DNA from: a virus
Lineage: Duplodnaviria; Caudoviricetes
Length of the DNA: 53,567 nt
IMG/VR virus record: IMGVR_UViG_3300032270_001137
Location: 1 to 53,567 of that record
Reading direction: 5' to 3' (one strand)
Numbering within the stretch: the stretch's first letter is position 1; each line of letters opens with the position of its first letter. Under the pieces are notes generated by a model. That model saw nothing but the letters and a program-made list of their open reading frames with translations, was not told the origin of the DNA and did no database searches. A program made the position numbers and the translations under genes. This document shows positions 37,934 to 45,420 of this stretch, in pieces.

Positions 37934-39502
37934 TTATCTTATCAAGACGACGTGACCTTGTTCAGAATGATTGAAGCCTTTATCATCTGTGTAATTTAGA
38001 GTCCAATGATAAACCCCATTTTCACAATAATAGCCACTACCATCATTTCCATTCCATGGGGCTAAGTTTGTTGAGTAGTGAACAATCTGGCCCCATCTGT
38101 TATAGATTTTTAGTTCTGGCTGATATACTGATAAACCTTTAATTTCAAAGGCATCATTATATGTGTCACCATTAGGTGTAAAAGAATTAGGTGCAAATAG
38201 TCTATGACACGCTTCAGTATTAACGGTCAGGTAACTTTTTTCACCTTTACAACCTACTGAATCGGTACCAAAAACCTCAATATAATGATCCATTGACGAA
38301 TCCGGCCAAATAACTTGAAGTTCAAAGTCATCGTCGTTTTGTAGTTCACCATCTACTCTCCAGGTATAGATAACACCATTCAGATCAGACATTACGTATG
38401 ATTGAGAAAGCAGATCTCTGCAGAAATCTAAGAAAACACCGTTATTTAGTATAGTTTCAGCAACCGGTGGTTGCATAATACTTATCTGTATACTATCTGT
38501 TATTTGACACCCATACACATTTACAGAGTATGTTGCATAATAGTCGCCAGGCGTCTCGGTTGTAAATGTATTAGCTTCTATATTAAAACCAGACCATACA
38601 CCACCTGCTGGCACTGAGAAAAGGTTAATTGTACTACCTGGGCATGCAGCATATGGTACACCTAAAATTATATAGGGTTCAACAACAACAATTGAGGTAT
38701 CTACAATTGGACCAATGCACCCATCTGCTGTTGTTTCTTGTACTGACAATGTATATGTACCAGGTACATCACCCCAATAAACCTGTGCTGTATTTAGATT
38801 TGATGATAATACTCCACCTCCTGTAAGTTGCCAATTATATGTAGAACCGGGTGTAAAGTTAACGGAATAGTTTAGAGTTTGAAAATAACAAGTGGTATCA
38901 GTAGTAATTGATATTGGTGAAGTGTCAACATCACCACCAGCAATTGTGCCGTTAAAAGCCTGAAAGGGTGGATCAAAACATAATTCATTACCCCAGCTAC
39001 CCATTGTACCATCAGCATAAGGTGTTATTTCAATTAAGAGGGAAAGAGGGTCACAGTCATCTGATACTTGTAGTTGAATACAGAATGTCCATAAACAATT
39101 TGTTCCAAAGTCACCCCAGTCGTTTCCTGGATTACCATCAATAATGCCCTGTGGCCCTTCGTAAAAGTAACCTGGCCCTACTGTTAATGTTCCAGCATTA
39201 TTAGTCACAGACTCTAACCATAACCAACCTTGATCGACTTCAACTCCTCCACAATCATCAGGACCTGATGTAGGTGTGTATGATACCCAACCGGGACCTA
39301 AATTTATACCAAAACCTTCTATCCAATTTGAGCCAAACCCCGTATCCCAACCAGACATCGTGTAACATACATTAACAATTGTACCTGGTTGATAGGTGTT
39401 ATTTACAGGTGGTGGCACTAGTACTACAGACTGGTTACCAGCACATTGTGCTATGGTAAGTGCTGGTACCAGTAAAAGTAGAATTAGAAATATCTTTTTC
39501 AT
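37934..39502 (-). CDS. secreted protein with T9SS type-B (gliding-motility-associated) C-terminal sorting domain
   Basis: Signal peptide; Ig/PKD-like repeats; APNSFTPNGD..ND...IYNRWG....W.G....GVY.W.....G.V.LIR. Confidence 0.88.
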   Translation of the reverse strand: MKKIFLILLLLVPALTIAQCAGNQSVVLVPPPVNNTYQPGTIVNVCYTMSGWDTGFGSNWIEGFGINLGPGWVSYTPTSGPDDCGGVEVDQGWLWLESVTNNAGTLTVGPGYFYEGPQGIIDGNPGNDWGDFGTNCLWTFCIQLQVSDDCDPLSLLIEITPYADGTMGSWGNELCFDPPFQAFNGTIAGGDVDTSPISITTDTTCYFQTLNYSVNFTPGSTYNWQLTGGGVLSSNLNTAQVYWGDVPGTYTLSVQETTADGCIGPIVDTSIVVVEPYIILGVPYAACPGSTINLFSVPAGGVWSGFNIEANTFTTETPGDYYATYSVNVYGCQITDSIQISIMQPPVAETILNNGVFLDFCRDLLSQSYVMSDLNGVIYTWRVDGELQNDDDFELQVIWPDSSMDHYIEVFGTDSVGCKGEKSYLTVNTEACHRLFAPNSFTPNGDTYNDAFEIKGLSVYQPELKIYNRWGQIVHYSTNLAPWNGNDGSGYYCENGVYHWTLNYTDDKGFNHSEQGHVVLIR

Positions 39503-39627
39503 TGATTAACAATTTGAACGTTATCATATGCTGCACATTTAGGGTGCTTAGAAACACAACTGGTTACTAATACTAAAGCTGTTAATGTAGCAATAATATA
39601 CAAAAATAAGGTAGTAGACTTTTTCAT
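39499..39627 (-). CDS. small lipoprotein (42 aa, ...LVTSC VSKHPKCAAY), not in ORF track
   Basis: Lipobox-like TSC; stop overlaps ATG of T9SS cargo gene. Confidence 0.7.
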   Translation of the reverse strand: MKKSTTLFLYIIATLTALVLVTSCVSKHPKCAAYDNVQIVNQ

Positions 39628-39636
39628 AATTTTAAT

Positions 39637-40194
39637 TTAATGGTTAACTTTGTAATAAACTTCGCTTGTAACTATATAATTTCTAGATCTTTCAACTATT
39701 TTTCTAACTAGGGCAAGATCCTCTCCGTCTTTATTTTCATCAAATAGTACATTATCAAATTTGTTTTTGTAACAAAATGATATACCTATATTGCCATGTA
39801 TCAATGCTTCATTTCCAAAACCCGGAACAACATGACCAGATTCAAAGACCATTCTCCATATCACAAGATCTTTATCTGAGTACTTGTTAAAAAGACGCTC
39901 AACATAATCTTGATGAATTGTATCATCATCGTCTAAAAAACCTATCCACTCTGTATCAGCAATCCTTAAACCATGGTTTCTGACCAATCCAGACATACCG
40001 TGATATTGACCGATTGAACCTGTTTTTTCAATTTTGATACACTTTATGCGATCATCTGCATAGTTTACAATATCAACACCATCAAAAACAACTATACACT
40101 TCCAGTTTTTATTTGTTTGGGCAATTAGTGAATTTATAGCCCTCTGTAAGGTAGGTCTACCTATTGTAGGAATTATAAATGTTATCTCTGTCAT
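39637..40194 (-). CDS. glycosyltransferase family 2
   Basis: FIIPTIGR..L..A..S...Q, VVFDG, RN.G, FLDDDD, GED. Confidence 0.85.
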   Translation of the reverse strand: MTEITFIIPTIGRPTLQRAINSLIAQTNKNWKCIVVFDGVDIVNYADDRIKCIKIEKTGSIGQYHGMSGLVRNHGLRIADTEWIGFLDDDDTIHQDYVERLFNKYSDKDLVIWRMVFESGHVVPGFGNEALIHGNIGISFCYKNKFDNVLFDENKDGEDLALVRKIVERSRNYIVTSEVYYKVNH

Positions 40195-40195
40195 A

Positions 40196-40372
40196 TTACA
40201 TATACAAGAAATGGTCGTTGTCGTCTTCAAGGTCCTTGTCAGTGACTACGTTTTTTCTCCACCATTTTGAAAATCTAGTCAATGGTTTTTTACAGGCTAC
40301 ATGTTCACCTACAACATATAAGCCGATTACAGTAGCATATAATATAATGAGTATTCCGATAAAAAGTCCCAT
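40196..40372 (-). CDS. small single-TM protein (58 aa), not in ORF track
   Basis: Fills gap; N-terminal hydrophobic helix. Confidence 0.55.
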   Translation of the reverse strand: MGLFIGILIILYATVIGLYVVGEHVACKKPLTRFSKWWRKNVVTDKDLEDDNDHFLYM

Positions 40373-40373
40373 A

Positions 40374-40610
40374 TCAATAAAATTTACGTTTAACTATAGT
40401 TATGGTATCACCTACTGAAACAGGTCTTCTAAGACTCATTTCTAAATTACAGTCAGTCTTTACCTTCCATTTAGGATCCACCTGGGCTACACTAATTGAG
40501 CCAATGGGATGATAGGTCACTTCTGTAATAGTACATGTTATGTTTTCGTCTTTGTATTTTGCTGTACATGAAGCAAGTACGAGTAATGAAATATAGATCA
40601 GTTTTTTCAT
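40374..40610 (-). CDS. lipoprotein
   Basis: MKKLIYISLLVLASC lipobox. Confidence 0.7.
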   Translation of the reverse strand: MKKLIYISLLVLASCTAKYKDENITCTITEVTYHPIGSISVAQVDPKWKVKTDCNLEMSLRRPVSVGDTITIVKRKFY

Positions 40611-40942
40611 GGTAATAAGTCGTCTATTTCCAGTGACGATTCTGTCGTTAAGGTGTATTTACTGTTTTCAGTGTTGAACCATATACTACCATCTTCATTT
40701 TCTCCAAACTCTGTAATGGTTGTTGTAAGCCACGTATAAGACATGTGATTGCCATCAAGTATACAACTGAGGCCAATCGCAGGCTTATCGTGTCGTTCCT
40801 TATACTTACCGTCTTCGTTCCATTCAATCCAATCTACAATTTGACCTATTCTGATCAAACCGTCGTGTCTTGTTAATTTGAATGTATTGGTTAACTTGAC
40901 TGGTATCTTAACTTGCTCTATTTTGTTTTTCTTTTTATCCAT
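40607..40942 (-). CDS. hypothetical protein (W.TT.I....F.T.NS.Y family)
   Basis: ORF in operon. Confidence 0.65.
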   Translation of the reverse strand: MDKKKNKIEQVKIPVKLTNTFKLTRHDGLIRIGQIVDWIEWNEDGKYKERHDKPAIGLSCILDGNHMSYTWLTTTITEFGENEDGSIWFNTENSKYTLTTESSLEIDDLLP

Positions 40943-41105
40943 GGAACATGTATATGCCGTTTGCTATAAAAAGACCTACAGCAAATGCTGATAAGATCAT
41001 TCCCCAAATTCTGGCTTTTTTCTTGTCTGTTACAAAAAAGCCAATTGTCCAAGATGCAATCATTGCGATCCATCCGATAATGTTACAAATAGTAAAAGTG
41101 CTCAT
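40935..41105 (-). CDS. small two-TM protein (56 aa), not in ORF track
   Basis: Follows class-II promoter; two hydrophobic helices. Confidence 0.6.
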   Translation of the reverse strand: MSTFTICNIIGWIAMIASWTIGFFVTDKKKARIWGMILSAFAVGLFIANGIYMFHG

Positions 41106-41110
41106 ATAGT

Positions 41111-41137
41111 TTATATTAAAGTGTTTTCTTTTGTTTC
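41111..41137 (-). promoter_or_regulatory. Putative class-II promoter GAAAC-N17-TATAA
   Basis: Followed by ACT-ATATG like other copies. Confidence 0.5.
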
Positions 41138-41722
41138 TGAATAATACAGCAATGTTGGGTTATCTTTATGGATATCAGGAATGTCTCCCTGTAACTCCAT
41201 GTACTTTCTAAATTCAGACAAGTTAAATGGTCTGGTAATCATGTGAAAGCCATTTACAGTAGGAATAATGCCTATCAACTTATCTCCGGTTGGCTGCAAT
41301 CCAATGATGAGTTTTTCTATTTTATCGAAATCATCAAATGGCTTCATGTCGATATCGATTATCCAGGTTTTGACCTCTTCTGAATGAAACTCGCCAGCAA
41401 TACTGTAATAAAGCTTACGGATATTGTATTGTTCAGAAGCAATCATTTGGGCCATTCGGGCTAACATCTGCAGTGCAATCTTTTTATCACTACGTCTATT
41501 CAGTCTGATATAGGCTCTGGCGTTGTTTCGTTCACAAACATCAATGATTCTTTTTTCATAACGCTCATAGTCTTCCATGCTGTAGACACAGAAGTTATCG
41601 ATGTTGCACATATCTTTGCCCATCGTTGGGTTATCTTTCCTGCGCTTGAAGATCTGTATAAAATAGAATTTATCGGGATCGTCAAATTTTAGCAGTTTTC
41701 TAATTATTTGAAAGTTGTTCAT
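41111..41722 (-). CDS. putative AEP (primase-polymerase)-fold protein
   Basis: WIIDID and PTVNGFH resemble AEP motifs I and II. Confidence 0.5.
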   Translation of the reverse strand: MNNFQIIRKLLKFDDPDKFYFIQIFKRRKDNPTMGKDMCNIDNFCVYSMEDYERYEKRIIDVCERNNARAYIRLNRRSDKKIALQMLARMAQMIASEQYNIRKLYYSIAGEFHSEEVKTWIIDIDMKPFDDFDKIEKLIIGLQPTGDKLIGIIPTVNGFHMITRPFNLSEFRKYMELQGDIPDIHKDNPTLLYYSETKENTLI

Positions 41723-42170
41723 CTGAAATAATTTCTCTGGCGTTTATAATAAAGTCTGGGTTAACATACCAGTTATGGTAAGGTGCACGCGCATACTTTT
41801 CAATAGAACAATAGACGTCTTTATACTTAAAGCAGATTGTAGCCTCTTCTACTGTCTGGTCGTTTTCAGTATATTTAGCCTGAACTAAATATCTGTTGTT
41901 CTTGTCCATGTAATGCATCAATCGTTCCCAATGTTCTGAGTCAATGTTTGGGTTGCCAAAAGCTTGATACTCTTCAAAATAGCATTTAAGTTCTTTTGCG
42001 ATCATGTCACGTTGACCCTGCGTCAAATACTTATCGTAGTTGTTGATAAGATCAGAAGGCCACATTGCCGAAGCAATAGTTTGGCGACCCATGAAGTACC
42101 TCATACTGGACCAGACCAACGTCCATTCCCAATCTGTAAGTACTGTCTTTTCAATTTTCTTTTTAGCCAT
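41700..42170 (-). CDS. hypothetical protein (RY.MGR.T family)
   Basis: Start moved to ATG 42170 after promoter. Confidence 0.65.
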   Translation of the reverse strand: MAKKKIEKTVLTDWEWTLVWSSMRYFMGRQTIASAMWPSDLINNYDKYLTQGQRDMIAKELKCYFEEYQAFGNPNIDSEHWERLMHYMDKNNRYLVQAKYTENDQTVEEATICFKYKDVYCSIEKYARAPYHNWYVNPDFIINAREIISDEQLSNN

Positions 42171-42183
42171 TGTGTTATTGTTA

Positions 42184-42234
42184 TGGTGTAAACATAACAA
42201 AGGTCTTTGAATAATCAAAGACCTTTGCTGAAAA
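42184..42234 (-). promoter_or_regulatory. class-I promoter/stem-loop cassette
   Basis: Perfect 12-bp inverted repeat CAAAGGTCTTTG-N6-CAAAGACCTTTG (42198-42227) then TTATGTTTACACC-ATAA. Confidence 0.7.
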
Positions 42235-42242
42235 CTTATAAA

Positions 42243-42437
42243 TTACTTCTTTTTAACTTCCAGTACCTTGTAAAACTTAGTATCTGGACTTTCTGTCATT
42301 TTAACATGAAGTAGTTTCATGTCGCCGACGTTAAACATTTGAAAATCTTCGTCCATACAAAGATCTCCGACTTGTACCTGGTTAATGTCATCATCTGCAG
42401 TGATGAACATGTCTTCTAATTCAAATTCTAGTATCAT
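42243..42437 (-). CDS. hypothetical protein
   Basis: Start moved to ATG 42437. Confidence 0.55.
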   Translation of the reverse strand: MILEFELEDMFITADDDINQVQVGDLCMDEDFQMFNVGDMKLLHVKMTESPDTKFYKVLEVKKK

Positions 42438-42438
42438 G

Positions 42439-42888
42439 TTATTTGTGTTTTTGGGATTTAAAGTTTTTAAGAGTTTCTCCGACTTGATATTTCTGATTGG
42501 AGTAAAAGGCAATGCCACATTCTGTAGTGTACATATACTTGTTCTTGGCGTCACCCTCTTCAATTGTTTTAACTGTACAGTCAAAGTGCTTTTCTGTCGT
42601 GTCAATCGGGTTATACTGATGAATAGGGTTCTTACAGTCACCTTTATGGGAGCCCCAGGAATTATTACCAATGCCTACTCTAATATATTCACAACCATCA
42701 AGTGTATAAATCTTAAAACGTTGAAGGTAATACCTAGAATTGCTATCTAATGTAGAACCAGGTTGTTCAACTTGATTTTCCTTATAGTCAGGATTGCAGC
42801 TAGTTAATATAAAAGCCATCATTGCAATAAAAAAGATAGAGAGCAGTGTACCTAGTATTTTTATGTCTGTTTTTTCTCGATTTGTCAT
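42439..42888 (-). CDS. lipoprotein (DGCEYI...HKG.C.NPIH)
   Basis: LTSC lipobox. Confidence 0.7.
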   Translation of the reverse strand: MTNREKTDIKILGTLLSIFFIAMMAFILTSCNPDYKENQVEQPGSTLDSNSRYYLQRFKIYTLDGCEYIRVGIGNNSWGSHKGDCKNPIHQYNPIDTTEKHFDCTVKTIEEGDAKNKYMYTTECGIAFYSNQKYQVGETLKNFKSQKHK

Positions 42889-43544
42889 GGTAGGTATTTT
42901 TGTAGTTTTGAAATAAAGGCATCATGCAACTTTTTCTTTAGGCCTATTTTTACATCTTTGCCGAAGTTGTTATGATCCCAGTTCGTCGTTAAGTATGCAT
43001 GGATCTCATCGTCGATAACATCTTCAGTGTAGCCCATTTTCATGAGATTTCTCTTAAACGTCGTGTACGTGTTCTTGTTGATAGTTTTAATCTCTTCGAT
43101 TATTTTATTTGCTGCTTCACGATACTCTTCATTTGTGTAATAAAGGCCATGTGAAACCTCATGTGTAAAAGTAGGACTTTCAGTATCTGGTACACCGATG
43201 ACATATGCAGGCCCTTCCTTTTTCATCTTTTTTAATTGCGAACAGATAGTAATCAACGTTTTATCATAAGGTGACTGAATTTCTTTTAGACCAGTTGTAC
43301 ACTCTTCTAATACGTCAAATGGTATATTAAAGCCTGCCCAATCCGTTGGGTAAGTAAATGAGCCATTTCGTTGACGACTGTACCAATCAATAAATTTCCA
43401 GATGTCGAAATGCTGACCTCTAAATTCTATGTTAGGTGATTCGTAAAATTCTTGTACTCTGCAAAAAGTCATTGCCAGTTCATATTCGTCTTTAATAATA
43501 ACTGCAAATACGTTTGCTCTTACCTGTTTAATTCTGTAATTCAT
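42885..43544 (-). CDS. HExxH-containing hypothetical protein
   Basis: F.R.QEFYESP, WAGFN.P, THEVSHG, DEIHAY. Confidence 0.65.
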   Translation of the reverse strand: MNYRIKQVRANVFAVIIKDEYELAMTFCRVQEFYESPNIEFRGQHFDIWKFIDWYSRQRNGSFTYPTDWAGFNIPFDVLEECTTGLKEIQSPYDKTLITICSQLKKMKKEGPAYVIGVPDTESPTFTHEVSHGLYYTNEEYREAANKIIEEIKTINKNTYTTFKRNLMKMGYTEDVIDDEIHAYLTTNWDHNNFGKDVKIGLKKKLHDAFISKLQKYLP

Positions 43545-43848
43545 GTTCTATTACTTGTTTAAGATGGCGGCAACTTCTGTGGTACATAAAACCAATGCAC
43601 TCACAGCTGTTACCAAGTTTATTATCGACAACTACACGATATGTTTTTCCACTTTTGCTGTTAATCGTGTGCTCACTTCTTTTATGTGGCACTGGCTCTT
43701 TTTTGCCGATAATTTGAATATCTTCCATTTTAGTGCCCTTGGGTACTTCAATCCAGGCTGGAACGACGTATGTTTTACCGCTTGCTGGCGAATCGATAAT
43801 AGCGAAACTGCCATTGAAAAGTACTTTCTCTATAGGTATTTGTATCAT
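43528..43848 (-). CDS. SWIM zinc-finger protein
   Basis: SCECIGF..HRSCRHL; leaderless start at 43848. Confidence 0.75.
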   Translation of the reverse strand: MIQIPIEKVLFNGSFAIIDSPASGKTYVVPAWIEVPKGTKMEDIQIIGKKEPVPHKRSEHTINSKSGKTYRVVVDNKLGNSCECIGFMYHRSCRHLKQVIEHELQN

Positions 43849-43895
43849 GTTGTAAATATACAACAAAGGGTTAAGACTCTAGAGCTTTTAGCTGG
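43848..43895 (-). promoter_or_regulatory. class-I promoter (leaderless)
   Basis: TTTGTTGTATATTTACAAC-ATG. Confidence 0.6.
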
Positions 43896-44082
43896 TTTTG
43901 TGTTGATCAACCTTCATTGTGATTACACGAAAGATTATGACAATTGCAGCTGCAGCATCTACTATACGAGTCCATGTCCCAAATTGCATTGGGTCCCAGG
44001 TTAAATTAACGTATGCTGATGCTAAATAAAAGATGCCTAAAACAATGGCAGTTCCAGTTAGTTTTCCTAAAAATCGTATCAT
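43888..44082 (-). CDS. small two-TM protein
   Basis: Hydrophobic ORF. Confidence 0.6.
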   Translation of the reverse strand: MIRFLGKLTGTAIVLGIFYLASAYVNLTWDPMQFGTWTRIVDAAAAIVIIFRVITMKVDQHKTS

Positions 44083-44321
44083 TTTATCTGTTGTTTTATG
44101 TGTTCCACTAAAAGCTCTTCGTTTCTTGAATAAAGATCTAGTAATAAGCTACGCTGAACAGCATGGACATGTCCTAGTTCAACGCCTTGTTTTTTCATTC
44201 TGTCGCTAAGTAAGAATATCAAATTTTGAACTACAGTATATTGTTTTCTGTCGTTCATAGACGATATCACGTTTTTTATCCAATTTCTGATGTCACCCCA
44301 GTGATTGCTTATTGCTGCCAT
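44079..44321 (-). CDS. hypothetical protein
   Basis: Coupled ORF. Confidence 0.6.
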   Translation of the reverse strand: MAAISNHWGDIRNWIKNVISSMNDRKQYTVVQNLIFLLSDRMKKQGVELGHVHAVQRSLLLDLYSRNEELLVEHIKQQIK

Positions 44322-44322
44322 A

Positions 44323-44655
44323 TTATTTTAAGAATGTCATGTTTTCGGATGCATTGATTATTTCAAAGAATCGTCTGACGATAGTCTTATCAGTTACAGT
44401 ATTGAGCTTATCTGTCAGTAACTGGGTGATACCCATAGTGGCAAAATCTGGCGTGTTACCCCAAAGCACGTAATACTGTCTTTTCAGTTTTCTGGACTTG
44501 CTAGAAAACGGAAAGCCAAAGTCATAGGGCTTTGTTTGATGGTAACTATCATACTTAGGCACATTATAACTTTGTATAAGCGCAAAGTGTTTACCAAAAA
44601 CTTCCGCTTCGATAAGGACAGTACAGCTGCCGATTTTCGGATGTGTAACTTTCAT
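44323..44655 (-). CDS. hypothetical protein
   Basis: ORF after tRNA block. Confidence 0.6.
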   Translation of the reverse strand: MKVTHPKIGSCTVLIEAEVFGKHFALIQSYNVPKYDSYHQTKPYDFGFPFSSKSRKLKRQYYVLWGNTPDFATMGITQLLTDKLNTVTDKTIVRRFFEIINASENMTFLK

Positions 44656-44668
44656 AATTTATAATATG

Positions 44669-44742
44669 TGCGCCTACTAGGGCTCGAACCTAGGACCCGC
44701 AGATTATGAGTCTGCTGCTCTAACCAACTGAGCTATAAGCGC
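44669..44742 (-). tRNA. tRNA with CAT anticodon (probably Ile2, possibly Met)
   Basis: Full cloverleaf GCGCTTA..AGCTCAGTTGGTTAGAGC..GCAGA-CTCATAA-TCTGC..GGTTCGAGCC..TAGGCGC-A. Confidence 0.88.
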
Positions 44743-44748
44743 TATTTG

Positions 44749-44838
44749 CCGTCAGGACAGGATTCGAACCTGTATATCTGCCAATTTACGTTGTTTAGGT
44801 TCATACCTTACAGTGCGTTACCATTCCACCACCTGACT
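44749..44838 (-). ncRNA. tRNA-scaffold RNA copy A (41-nt insert replaces anticodon arm)
   Basis: AGTCAGG-TGGTGGAATGGTAACGC-[41 nt]-ACAGGTTCGAATCCTGT-CCTGACG. Confidence 0.7.
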
Positions 44839-44843
44839 ATTTG

Positions 44844-44921
44844 TACCCTCTGAGAGACTCGAACTCTCACCCGAAGACTAGATCCTAAGTCTAGCGCGTC
44901 TACCAATTCCGCCAAGAGGGC
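44844..44921 (-). tRNA. tRNA-Leu(TAG)
   Basis: GCCCTCT..GGCGGAATTGGTAGACGC..CTAGA-CTTAGGA-TCTAG..GAGAGTTCGAGTCTCTC-AGAGGGT-A. Confidence 0.9.
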
Positions 44922-44969
44922 ATGAAATTTCAATGAGTGTTAATCTCATCTTCTGTTGGTTCCATTTTG

Positions 44970-45080
44970 TACTCAGAGAAGGACTTGCACCTTCACGTAA
45001 CCAGGATACGACCCGGTATACTCGTTTCCTTAGCGTCTTCTATCGGACTCTTGCAATAGTCTCGCTTCCGCCACCTGAGC
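44970..45080 (-). ncRNA. divergent tRNA-scaffold RNA copy B (insertions in D loop and anticodon region)
   Basis: GCTCAGG-TGGCGGAA...GACGC...GAAGG-TGCAAGT-CCTTC-TCTGAGT-A. Confidence 0.55.
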
Positions 45081-45086
45081 GTTATT

Positions 45087-45338
45087 TTACTCTTGTTCGA
45101 TGATGATGTTACCACTAACCTCAACTAGTTTACCAGATGCAGCATTCGTGAAGTAATAACCGTCACTATGCTCTTCACTGATCACTTTACCGGTTGAATG
45201 ATAGGTAATAACTGTATCACAGCTAACTACTTTAACTGTAAACTTGTCGCCGTAACCGCCCATTTTACTCATGGTAGCATCGGTACAGCTTGCCATTGCA
45301 AAGGCCAAGATTAAGGCTGTGATTAAAATCTTTTTCAT
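45087..45338 (-). CDS. lipoprotein
   Basis: MKKILITALILAFAMASC; STGKV....SDGYYF. Confidence 0.75.
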   Translation of the reverse strand: MKKILITALILAFAMASCTDATMSKMGGYGDKFTVKVVSCDTVITYHSTGKVISEEHSDGYYFTNAASGKLVEVSGNIIIEQE

Positions 45339-45351
45339 ATTGTTTTTATTA

Positions 45352-45403
45352 TATGGTAAAAATAACAAAGGTCTCTGAATAATCAAAGACCTTTGCTGAA
45401 AAC
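45352..45403 (-). promoter_or_regulatory. class-I promoter/stem-loop cassette, near-identical to 42184-42234
   Basis: ATAACAAAGGTCTCTGAATAATCAAAGACCTTTGCTGAAAAC (1 mismatch to other copy). Confidence 0.7.
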
Positions 45404-45420
45404 ATGTTGAATGATACTAA

